Part shown: positions 13,601-18,129 of the stretch, piece by piece
How the letters are laid out: each line of letters begins with the position of its first letter
Numbering within the stretch: the first letter of the stretch is position 1
Origin: Candidatus Omnitrophota bacterium
Lineage (GTDB): Bacteria > Omnitrophota > Gorgyraeia > Duberdicusellales > 4484-171
Assembly (NCBI GenBank): GCA_024231025.1
Contig: JAAEQW010000120.1
Span: 2,324-66,323, forward strand
DNA length: 64,000 nucleotides
Reading direction: 5' to 3'
Notes under the pieces: model-generated
What the model was told of the DNA's origin: nothing
Database searches by the model: none
The model's input: only the letters and a program-made list of their open reading frames with translations
Translations under genes and position numbers: made by a program

Positions 13601-16600
13601 GCCTCTTGCGCAACAAAAACTTTCATATTTTCTTTTGCATAAGGAGTAATTGCATGAGCAAAAGGCTTAGACTTATTTCCCCAAAGATCTTGGGCCTCTA
13701 CAACTAAATCTAATGGCTCACAAAGTCCCTGACTAACCTTACCTTTTAAGCTCAATTGCCCATCAATGTAAAGAGGCTCCTCTAAAAGAAGTTGCGGTGG
13801 TTCGATTATCAGATCTAATTTCAATTTGAAAGCCCCATCTTCTGATACATCAACTAACTTATCCAAAACATAAACTCCCTTTATACCTGAGGAATCCTGC
13901 ACTCGACCAGAAACAAAAAGGCTCCTGCTATGATATTGAACCTCCATATCTTTTAACTCTGGGGGTTCTTTATCTTCGGGGATTTCTGTTTTACGCGGAC
14001 CCTCAATTGCTTGATTACCTGCAATATCAACCGCACTCACCGAAACCTCGCGCAAATGCTCTGTTAAAACTGCCTCGTAATTAAAGTCTATCACTTTTTT
14101 TATGTCGTAGATGATCGGTACTCCGTTTATCTCGATGCCTTTTACAGCCACATTATCCCTCACCTTACCGGAAATAATTAATTTACCCTCTCTAACTTCC
14201 CAAATATCAATTGTAATCTCCGGTGCAATAGTATCTTCTAAAGCTAAAATCTCTTTGGTTTCTTTGCCAGAAAGATCGCGCGCAAGGACCTCTATTGATT
14301 GGGTGTTGTTATCGACTACAATTTCATAATAAAAACGTCCGTTACCTTCTAACTCAACTTTCTGTTTAGCAATTAATAAGCTTTCAATTCCAGTATCATC
14401 CTCAACTGAACCAGAGATAATCACCCTGCCACCTTTATCAAAGACTGGTTGAGAAAGATATAGAGTTGGTGGTCTTTCATCAATTAACGGCTCAATTTTT
14501 AAGCGAACCTCTTCTGACTTTTTTCCTCCTACATTAAGCGCAACTAAAATAGCTTCGATTTGGTGTTTGGGTCTTTCTGTTTTAATGACAAATGAACCAT
14601 CACTTGATGCGGTAACTGCTGCATTAGGCAACTTGCCGCTTTCATCAAGCACTTGAGCCTGTGCTTCGGTATTTCCTGAAATTTTTACGCTATCTTTTTC
14701 GTAAATAATTGACGATATTTCCAATAACGGCGGATAAACACTGCTTAATGGAAATACCTGCGGAGTTGATTCGTTACCTTTAGCATCTTTGGCTTCGACA
14801 GTGATAGATTGCACTTCTCTGCTTAGGGCAAGTTCATATTCAAACCCTCCGTCCGAGCCCAAAGAAGCGGCATTCTTATTAATTAAAACTACCGGTGGCG
14901 GTAGGCTAAAATCTAGAGCAGCTTCTATTGTTTCTTTATTGCCCGCGCCGTCAATTGCTTCCAACGACGCTTTGATATTTCTTATCGTAACCGAAGAACT
15001 CACGCTAAAGCGCCCACCTTCAGTGGTTTCTACTTCTCTATCAAAAATGGTAAGTTTAGCTATCCCCAGACCCAAATCATAAACCGTACCCTCAACAGTT
15101 GCCATGAGTTTTTCTTCAACTGAACCAGTTACCTTCGCTATCTTGCCAATGTATTCAATAGGGCTAACACTAACTATTGGAGCAAGATTGTCAGTATATA
15201 CAATATTTGTTATTTCAATTATTGGCTTCCATTTATCTTCAATATTCACGCTTACTTCATTAGCCTTGCTTTGATCTAAATTTTGCCCTTTAACAATCAG
15301 GGGAGCGGCCAACATTCCCTTATCAGGAATTATTTTAACCTGGAATAAACCAGATTCATCACAGAAAACACTTTGCCCGGCTGTTTCAATTTTACCACCG
15401 GCAATAAACTTACCCTTTAGGATAAAGTGGTCTTCTTTATAATCAACTGCTGCATTTTCGATAGCTCCGATGAGAGTTCCAATTTGTGGCTCTACTTTTA
15501 TTTCCAATGGCGGAGATTGATTGTTGCCAATGTCTTGAGCAACAATTGTCAATTTATCCAGTTTGGGTGATGCGCTAGTTTTATAAACGAATTCTCCATT
15601 TTTGGCAAAATTAATCGCACAACCGTTAACAAAAATGGCGCTTACTTCAGTATTGTCAGTTGCTAATCCCTCTACTAAAATATCGGTCCCTTGCTGAGAA
15701 AAATTCATAACCTGAACCACCGGAGGCTGAGCGTCTTTTACTTCTTTTAATTTTTGCTTTGCCTGGGCAAGCAAAGACCGAGCAAGATTTACATCTCCTT
15801 TATCGACCGAAGCCTTTATCCGCTCGACTATTGCTTTAACTTCTCTGATGTCAAAACCTAGATCTCTCTTCCTTTGAAAATGCTTCAAAAACTGCTGCCA
15901 ATCTGCTTTGAATCCAGCGGGTAAGGCAAGTGCGGCCAAGGCCTTCTTGATTTTTTCGTATATCTCCTCTATCCCTTTAACATTGCCATCTTTTTGAGCA
16001 TTCTTTAAACTGCGTAAGTGATCGTAAATTACCCCTAATTCATAGCCCAATGATTTTTTGTATTCAACATCCTTTATTAAATCTTGAATTTTGCGTTCCC
16101 ATTCTAAAGGAACATTTTTTTTAACAACAACCAAAGCACTTTCGATTGCCTCTATAGCGGTTCTTAACTTTAAAAATGACTCTGCCTCTAAGAGCTTAAA
16201 CGCAATTTCAAGCTTGAGTTTTAAATCAACAACATCATAGCCTTCCCTTTCTTTGTTGCTAATCGCCTCACCGGCTGCCTTTAATTTCTTTTCCAAATAA
16301 ATCGGCATCTCTTTAAGGGCAGTATGAAGCTTTTCGTCGGCTTCCTTTAGCAGACTATACGCTTTAGCGTGATTTTTTTCTTGATAATATATGTAGCTTT
16401 GTCGCAATAATTCCTTCACCTCACCAACAGAAAAACCTTTCACTTCTTTAGCTAATACCAACTCCTGCAATTTTTGGTAGTCAGACAAAAAGTCTGAGTC
16501 TGTTTTTTTGCTGACCGAAGCTACTCTCTGCTCTAGGAGAGCAATCAATTTTTCCACTTGGCGAACATTTTTGTCTTGCAAGGCCTCTACGACTTCTCCT

Positions 16601-17502
16601 AATAACAGATAAAGCTCAACTACATCATAGTTTTCTTTTTCTTTAGCTTCTATTTGAGTTCTTAGTTCATCTAATTTTGTAACGTACTTCTCAACATTGT
16701 TAGGTTTCTTTGCTTTCTCAAGATAAACAAATGCTTTTTCGATCAAACCGTCAACGCGCGCATAATCACCCTTTTCCAGCAAAGCAAAAGCTTCCTCGAT
16801 AATGTTTTCTACTTTACTGACCAAATACCCTTGATTCTTCTTTTCCTGAAAAGCAGCAACCAATTCCCTCAAAAATAAACGCAGCTCTTGAGCTGCCTGC
16901 GTCTGGTGATCAGCCTCTTTTTGCACATCACCGCTAAATTCATCATGTGAATCTTCGTCTCTTGAATAAATATCACCCTCTTTTTGTGACGATCCATTTT
17001 CTCCTTGAGAATCGGTGTTGTAAGTCTCTCCTTCGATAAGGATATTTTTCGATTCTTTATCTTGTCCTTTGGTTTGCAGCAAGCCTTCCGTTCCGGTAAT
17101 ACCAACAATCGCAGTAGAAGAGTGAATCTTAAATTCGGACCCTTTCTCTTTAAACGGCGTTACTTTATAGCGCATCGCACCCAAATGTAATTTTAACTCG
17201 CGATTGCTTAATTTTGTTTTGGGGTTTTGCGAAAGGTCTTTGACCTCCATTAGGGAATTCTCACCAAGGCGAAATTCACTTTCATCAGGATAAACAAGTA
17301 AAACGCTTGACTCAAGAAACGTTCTAATCATATCACCGGTAATGAGTTTGGTTTTATTCTTTACCTTTGTCCATTCACCTTGACCGGATTTCTGAACTTG
17401 GACAAGACCGGTACGTTCTTTAATTTCCAAAAACGAATCTCCCGCAGATACCATAAGAGGAAAAGATATGATTATTAAAATAATTAAAATTTTCTTCTTC
17501 AT
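1672..17502 (-). CDS. giant secreted multi-domain surface/adhesin-like protein (~5,276 aa from the MKKK start). It contains a signal peptide, a FecR-like N-domain, an alpha-helical repeat region, Ig-like beta domains, at least 13 tandem ~93-aa PDPP/DDRG modules, FN3 domains, acidic Ca-binding-like loops and C-terminal Ig-like domains.
   Basis: A single uninterrupted 15.8-kb ORF. The start ATG at 17500-17502 has GGAG 5 nt upstream. The track's longer start at 17547 is a GTG with no RBS. The signal peptide is MKKKILIILIIISFPLMVSAG. A FecR-like block reads GLVQVQKSGQGEWTKVKNKTKLITGDMIRTFLESSVLLVYPDESEFRLGENSLMEV. Repeated helical E/K-rich ~45-aa units occupy aa ~215-620. Tandem modules with I/MPDPP...VEFPxPVYFxPK...LEFxDGxR...IEDDRGMFL...FGGGG follow. 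FN3-like blocks include WDYIDWASYYEIWYG and WDYVSGVDGYKIYYG. D-rich loops include DDEDDDGIRDDDEYW, NDTNSNGSLDTDEP and DLNGNGLFDDGEPFDG. Confidence 0.9.
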   Translation of the reverse strand: MKKKILIILIIISFPLMVSAGDSFLEIKERTGLVQVQKSGQGEWTKVKNKTKLITGDMIRTFLESSVLLVYPDESEFRLGENSLMEVKDLSQNPKTKLSNRELKLHLGAMRYKVTPFKEKGSEFKIHSSTAIVGITGTEGLLQTKGQDKESKNILIEGETYNTDSQGENGSSQKEGDIYSRDEDSHDEFSGDVQKEADHQTQAAQELRLFLRELVAAFQEKKNQGYLVSKVENIIEEAFALLEKGDYARVDGLIEKAFVYLEKAKKPNNVEKYVTKLDELRTQIEAKEKENYDVVELYLLLGEVVEALQDKNVRQVEKLIALLEQRVASVSKKTDSDFLSDYQKLQELVLAKEVKGFSVGEVKELLRQSYIYYQEKNHAKAYSLLKEADEKLHTALKEMPIYLEKKLKAAGEAISNKEREGYDVVDLKLKLEIAFKLLEAESFLKLRTAIEAIESALVVVKKNVPLEWERKIQDLIKDVEYKKSLGYELGVIYDHLRSLKNAQKDGNVKGIEEIYEKIKKALAALALPAGFKADWQQFLKHFQRKRDLGFDIREVKAIVERIKASVDKGDVNLARSLLAQAKQKLKEVKDAQPPVVQVMNFSQQGTDILVEGLATDNTEVSAIFVNGCAINFAKNGEFVYKTSASPKLDKLTIVAQDIGNNQSPPLEIKVEPQIGTLIGAIENAAVDYKEDHFILKGKFIAGGKIETAGQSVFCDESGLFQVKIIPDKGMLAAPLIVKGQNLDQSKANEVSVNIEDKWKPIIEITNIVYTDNLAPIVSVSPIEYIGKIAKVTGSVEEKLMATVEGTVYDLGLGIAKLTIFDREVETTEGGRFSVSSSVTIRNIKASLEAIDGAGNKETIEAALDFSLPPPVVLINKNAASLGSDGGFEYELALSREVQSITVEAKDAKGNESTPQVFPLSSVYPPLLEISSIIYEKDSVKISGNTEAQAQVLDESGKLPNAAVTASSDGSFVIKTERPKHQIEAILVALNVGGKKSEEVRLKIEPLIDERPPTLYLSQPVFDKGGRVIISGSVEDDTGIESLLIAKQKVELEGNGRFYYEIVVDNNTQSIEVLARDLSGKETKEILALEDTIAPEITIDIWEVREGKLIISGKVRDNVAVKGIEINGVPIIYDIKKVIDFNYEAVLTEHLREVSVSAVDIAGNQAIEGPRKTEIPEDKEPPELKDMEVQYHSRSLFVSGRVQDSSGIKGVYVLDKLVDVSEDGAFKLKLDLIIEPPQLLLEEPLYIDGQLSLKGKVSQGLCEPLDLVVEAQDLWGNKSKPFAHAITPYAKENMKVFVAQEAVAVDSDGAFESRQVLSAGTKEIEVKADDPYQTSTIIVVELENNPPLLEVGELEYLKDEQVVVVSGKAVDGESGLASLMINGVNVDFGKNGEFSHKFSFTEGMLTVTATDYIGSSSSVTKEITPPDMWPPIFVLEVKPLPAIIGNPVYVEINSIDSQTNGLDIVAGNPAVTAVVDGKTIGLSVEGEGAQFIARMDTEGLSPALVEIQVQGQDEAGNKSSQTQGATSFTLTAQDNIVPSFSIEVDPSPLVLGVESNIKVFSSEALAIAPELFAQMPAGESKKLDLVKVNERELQSKIQVPLDAPLGEVVFKLNGGEDLSGNPGTSSEKIVGIVPPQRQTDLPLSLEFLEFNPQHFIIRGLTATDAVVHLEYGEVVADIMADAEGKFAYNKPIDFLELSKMHEKGAVILVKLKAKNYAGLESMPLAIEVPLPLLITEGAGNFKIDMPRHVAQGAALAVVIEPLKRLEDDINAVISFPDGRKAALALNKNGRVYNGQYVIDNDSPIGRGMVEVASGQLNDHAYFEIGLSSEWLKVSRKDDFYALMVMPDPITRGEGVEFVLNTLGDLEEPPKLDFIFSNGKKIAVALSGGGREFRGKFACPKDVPLGMAQLILNPATPDEVRRRIGVWDESESAHRADVFLTTNPTPLVSGASFNAKAVFSETIDFVPQLQLRLNTGKVLNMPVKQKPPLNSIEVELKLAQDVPSGMGVFVVKDDQGMVLDTFPTRIVPSLRARGGAEVYIMPGVLRRMQAGTIQLNSRRPIKRELKASLTFADGRKLNVVMQGAGNSYRGNFVIPDYASSGMVIGEVYNDRGDLVGAGMAEIIEDAGGPAPGGLRVWIEGGDFGPKDRVVVNVESDAALFFKPEAKFISDQKDIKINLKGAIPGNRFQGEFNAPEEPTREAVIEVYDDRGNIIGDYWPQQHGPDAGGGRIMIEPMPPMIGQPLTVKVVAPGIINFRPRLKLIFDQGSQEPKLYGAIPGDMFSATLPRLESPLETVEISDQEGNIFVSMPVEFIGGGHVSLEFDIELTSDLISGETASLMIRANNEIPFVPRLALDFAGKIVDVPLAGSPYSREFMGRFVVPVDAPLDNIAVSVFDPTGRLLTQRMINFGQESNMPGLYLDVKPQGNDGFELFWERLPRVSFYELLYGEGENLKEKIEIRGQSRHQLRGLMQGRRYSFEIIAYDSRKQEIMRSPIVSSVCGQLRRELHVQDIIMPDSVSLIWGDYPGADSYRVSWGNSPGGYANSMETSEKSYMLTNLPKGVPNFIKVFALGQGKMLSESREIVAYLEEFVARGVDIGINPEPAGEIGKDLEIYLHFMQDIPFVPQVSVQFEGYGEFLVAAGEKRDFKVIIPGSKVKSSLVSIDVQDDRGRPIGNRFFGGSGGGADFGGPDLRIMPDPPIEGQPLDIELTLPMLIPQAPKARIIYSDGSSKEYAFDGRLPGRRFNAHIGQLEKAAVGLDLLDPFGTVRHSVGFMHQTQQTMVRDFRVTPHNPFPGDSINVNLEFVNMVNFAVKLFLEYDDGRREEFVFPQKNVNTFYMNIDGSQIKGALRRAVIEDDRGMFLIDQPFGGGPVMGTGNIMTMPDPPRRNQPLGIRVEFPYPLPTTPKLILESVSGARQEFRFPQEPGLFVYKFSASAYQMQEDLQRVVVENETGLILAERFFGTGAGPVDGADIKLTPDMPVPHQDLTVHVDFPYPVQFTPKVVLEFSSGARNGKIFPQSPGNNAYYITLRGVEIIEPLQRVVIEDDRGMHIADRFVGGGGSSSAMGANLIVNPDPPMPHQDLGIKVEFPEPVYFKPKAVLEFEDGTRKDFWFSQESGARLYELNVVAAENMRPLHRIAIEDDRGGMFIVDRIFSTGSMMSAAANINVMPDPPIANQPLNIKIEFPSPVYFVPKIELEFNDGGRFPIYMQHEAPGKTRYETSLPASDIRRPIHRIEVQDDKGMFLGDRFFGSGGPMMGGILIDVIPDPPQLGSNLEIVVHFDYEPYFTPKIVAGLDNGAREFLNVTGQGREYKAMLSADRFNANLLIIDVEDEGGMHLGDRMFGAQTNFDGQGLVVNPYPPIVGQRLDVNAEIPLVSPLAMRLRYRYMDGVVEEITMQGDLPGSRFHDFIDPLTKPLVGIDLLDPYGVVRDNLEMSGPAPTGGMITVNPDPPMPYQDLNLRVELESAAYYHPIIVVEYSDGSYTGYGFPQDVGDTIYQRVIPGGEITKNIERIAIKDEQGTLIAERLFGSMNVGGPMIDIMPNPPIAGQDLIIKTSFPSPIYFVPKLILEFTDGQRRALSFPQGVGLSMYEATIPSSEMVGPLHRVVIEDDRGMFLGDFLLSHSGSDGVNIMVMPDPPVVFADLNVRLEFSQSEFFKPQIEVEFDNGTAKRFFYTGEEGRSSYDIYVAASEINAPISRIAAFDDKGGFLGDRPFSGGPYSQGVHIMVNPDPPIGGQDLGVRFEFPSPVYFTPKCVLEFSDGQRREFWFPQGPGLSVYETTISANEVYQPVDRIAAEDDRGMLLGDIYFGNMLQAKAYLASAGSGTLDVSWDYIDWASYYEIWYGTAPGNYNGEGSPKNVGQVTEHQLTDLTDGQIYYAVIKAYDANGGLGYTTLEEFLELTGTNIPYPNNIWTEQTYNFGEIIVRWDYVSGVDGYKIYYGRSSRTYPDFVIVSDPSITRTTIGGLQSGVPYYITVTCTMNDGSESSYSPREVEAFATGGASGGSINITTSDSAHHPPELDFEEIVVGQDTETKTITLQNLSSHQANIKVELSSYLSNTTDMITQIDSSNINLSPASPYAVAANSSLDISTSVSIPSTGVTPGEYVGEITFYDDEDDDGIRDDDEYWENVQIFLFFGAEGLDISGDGGLDFMNYAPGSTTSWGEFTLQNTATTALNNIITTTIQLYKFTGPGEGSFEAVAGFNVEADIPSSLAVGASDIGRLRVVIPDNAVDGEYGTMVSMFNDTNSNGSLDTDEPLETIGFHLFVSSAGGGGHRDLEVGEASLNYATVDAGASAERNVNIMNNMAQTIVVRIEPSNLISGVNTISSNNITFVPISIEPWSGSVSRAITVSVPSSQPSGAYTGGARVYGDLNGNGLFDDGEPFDGIVIILGVSSSGSAGIDLNIQEESLDLGGADPNQTSVGVNITIENNSDSTMQINIDATDLIAGPFAMPGSSISNNFSPFSLDGQSSDTRQIAVTVLAGQASAVTYQGGLIFYNDTNSNGSRDNDEAYDSMQIQIAVNRQGITSLTPIAGTGGTVDLVWSDPNAATDHYNVYWVASPGAFDFSSPDAITAQRFYQVSGLTASTTYDFLVRSADDEDVEDNGVVQASETARALPVDTAAPTFAGVKHAYAPGAAGTITLEWNAATDSDATILYDIDYGETSSLGTTVADLTKANVNCASDNECTYGITGLSANTEYHFRVRAEDSVPNQDTNAYILTAKTPPATGVDHVGITAVGSASSSVGDPVMVKLTAWQNAGETIVATNFADSIIVDVIESSSRMQNSWLLSVRDRMTGGVGEVAMFNGVGYFTVDSLEPETITVSVEVGTNASAERTLNVALTSVTGAAIDALVSQGPGAVSTNQQGQIWLSAIDNQGNLVTDYAGIVNITVSEENSNGSAVLRKGGSVVAGSYSFTGAGGDNGEILLTLENSEAEEVNIIFSVSGVGDVAENVNFLGVDKLYVYSGASFSSGYQVAGTRIRFTAYSGNDASGVRLGGYNATVNVNILSESTNDSSSYVDPSSITFVDGIGEFALENSQVENVKFQLEDAGDATIKSAEITVSFQSSDTNPPEVLEAVAETPYLVHVYFDEDIDSDNAQNKDNYNGIGDIHTVCWYEDNVTLHLSNPLTLGGTFNLDVRGDDNGTGGIKDKDNNYISGMTTVSGDVPSVDYQGGAISGQDWYEVQPATLTPLAGETVSVVVYHKNACGYLSGTNAVNRTAVPSDSSDVTFGGTVTGIDDATVDMGSAEGAFQFVIPVGALIGQTVTITVDDGAISGDSPTITVQ
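6150..9800 (-). repeat. intragenic tandem repeat array of at least 13 copies at ~280-bp period (93 aa) inside the giant gene; more degenerate copies extend to ~11400
   Basis: A recurring DNA core, the reverse complement of ATTATGCCTGATCCGCC (encoding IMPDPP), appears at approximately 6321, 6601, 6881, 7161, 7441, 7715, 8000, 8285, 8570, 8860, 9135, 9420 and 9710. The protein copies are highly similar (for example LIVNPDPPMPHQDLGIKVEFPEPVYFKPKAVLEFEDGTRKDFWF versus INVMPDPPIANQPLNIKIEFPSPVYFVPKIELEFNDGGRFPIYM). Confidence 0.85.
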
Positions 17503-17532
17503 CCCGACTCCCTTACTAAAAAAATCGCTCAT

Positions 17533-17568
17533 ATAAAAAATCCCCACAACTTAGTAGCTATGGGGATT
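17533..17568 (-). promoter_or_regulatory. intrinsic-terminator-like hairpin plus U tract in the 5' leader of the giant gene (possible attenuator, or terminator of the upstream HTH gene)
   Basis: The minus-strand RNA reads AAAUCCCCAUAGCUACUAAGUUGUGGGGAUUUUUUAU. A 7-8 bp stem (AUCCCCA/UGGGGAU) with a ~14-nt loop is followed directly by UUUUUU, about 30 nt upstream of the RBS/ATG at 17502. Coordinates are +/-2 nt. Confidence 0.4.
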
Positions 17569-17687
17569 TATTGTAGTGTTTTATTCGGTAACTGACTGCC
17601 ATAGCTCCTAAGACCTTAGACTCTTGAGTTTTGCGCCCTCACCTTTCGATGAGTTTGCCTTTTTCGCAAAAAGAAATAACCTAATTT

Positions 17688-17912
17688 TTAAAGATCTTTT
17701 TGTCTATTTTTTCTTTTGAGTTGCTGTCTTCGTTTAATTCTTTTTTCAACCCAATGTTCAAGCAAATCTCTCTTAAAGCGCCACTGCCCTTTAAGCTTAA
17801 AAGCAGGAATGTCTGTATCTTGAATTAACCGATATATAGTAATCGTGTGCACCCCTAAGTATTTAGCGGCTTCGCTTGCACTCATTATTTGAAGACGTTT
17901 ATACTGGCTCAT
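17688..17912 (-). CDS. small HTH DNA-binding protein, excisionase/MerR-like HTH_17 family (74 aa)
   Basis: The segment SASEAAKYLGVHTITIYRLIQDTDIPAFKLKGQWRFKRDLLEHW is typical of the excisionase-family HTH_17 domain, followed by a basic tail. The RBS AGGGGG lies ~5 nt upstream of the ATG at 17912. The gene is on the same strand as the giant gene and 185 nt upstream of its start. Confidence 0.7.
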   Translation of the reverse strand: MSQYKRLQIMSASEAAKYLGVHTITIYRLIQDTDIPAFKLKGQWRFKRDLLEHWVEKRIKRRQQLKRKNRQKDL

Positions 17913-17987
17913 ATTTCCCCCTAATTTGGGTATAGCATATTTTGTTAAAAATTACCACTTTTTATCAAATATTTTCCATTTTTATGT

Positions 17988-18017
17988 ATTGCTATGCATT
18001 GCTATGAATTGCTATTG
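17988..18017. repeat. three head-to-tail 10-bp direct repeats ATTGCTATGC / ATTGCTATGA / ATTGCTATTG (putative operator/iteron array) in the divergent intergenic region
   Basis: Read directly: ATTGCTATGCATTGCTATGAATTGCTATTG at exact 10-bp (one helical turn) spacing. The array lies 45 bp upstream of the -35 of the plus-strand promoter and ~75 bp upstream of the HTH gene start. Confidence 0.6.
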
Positions 18018-18062
18018 TCATAAAATCAACGATTTTCCTTGAAAAACGGTATTTTTTTAGTG

Positions 18063-18091
18063 TAGACAGCCAAATAAACTACTGTTATAAT
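18063..18091 (+). promoter_or_regulatory. strong sigma70-like promoter for the OMP-lipoprotein-cyclase operon (-35 TAGACA, 17-nt spacer, extended -10 TGTTATAAT)
   Basis: TAGACA at 18063-18068, TG at 18083-18084 and TATAAT at 18086-18091. This gives a 5' UTR of ~32 nt before the ATG at 18130. Confidence 0.5.
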
Positions 18092-18129
18092 TAAGAAGAT
18101 TTTTAAAAACGACCACTATTACTCATAAA

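Noticed and set aside
3035-15082. Numerous plus-strand ORFs of 60-113 aa inside the giant gene region (for example 3035-3331, 4472-4663, 5949-6242, 10232-10561, 10705-11046, 14789-15082)
   Set aside because: All lie antisense within the continuous 15.8-kb minus-strand ORF. They have low-complexity S/T/P/I-rich translations typical of shadow frames of a repetitive gene, and none has an RBS.
16869-17190. ORFs 16869-17108(-) and 17005-17190(+) near the giant gene 5' region
   Set aside because: Both are out-of-frame overlaps within the giant ORF with K/R-rich low-complexity translations.
1672-17502. Giant gene as an NRPS/PKS megasynthase
   Set aside because: No condensation, adenylation, KS/AT or carrier-protein motifs are present. 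The sequence is dominated by signal-peptide and beta-sandwich repeat features typical of surface proteins.
17503-17547. Track's longer start for the giant ORF (to 17547)
   Set aside because: The codon at that position is GTG/non-ATG without an RBS. The internal ATG at 17502 has GGAG at optimal spacing and begins a textbook signal peptide.
17688-17912. HTH_17 excisionase-family gene as a prophage or integrative-element marker
   Set aside because: No integrase, attachment-site repeats, tRNA or phage genes are present anywhere nearby. The protein is more plausibly a local transcription factor.
17988-18017. Possible CRISPR array at the 10-bp direct repeats
   Set aside because: The repeats are only 10 bp, directly abutting with no spacers, and there are only three copies. 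This is consistent with a protein-binding iteron or operator, not CRISPR.
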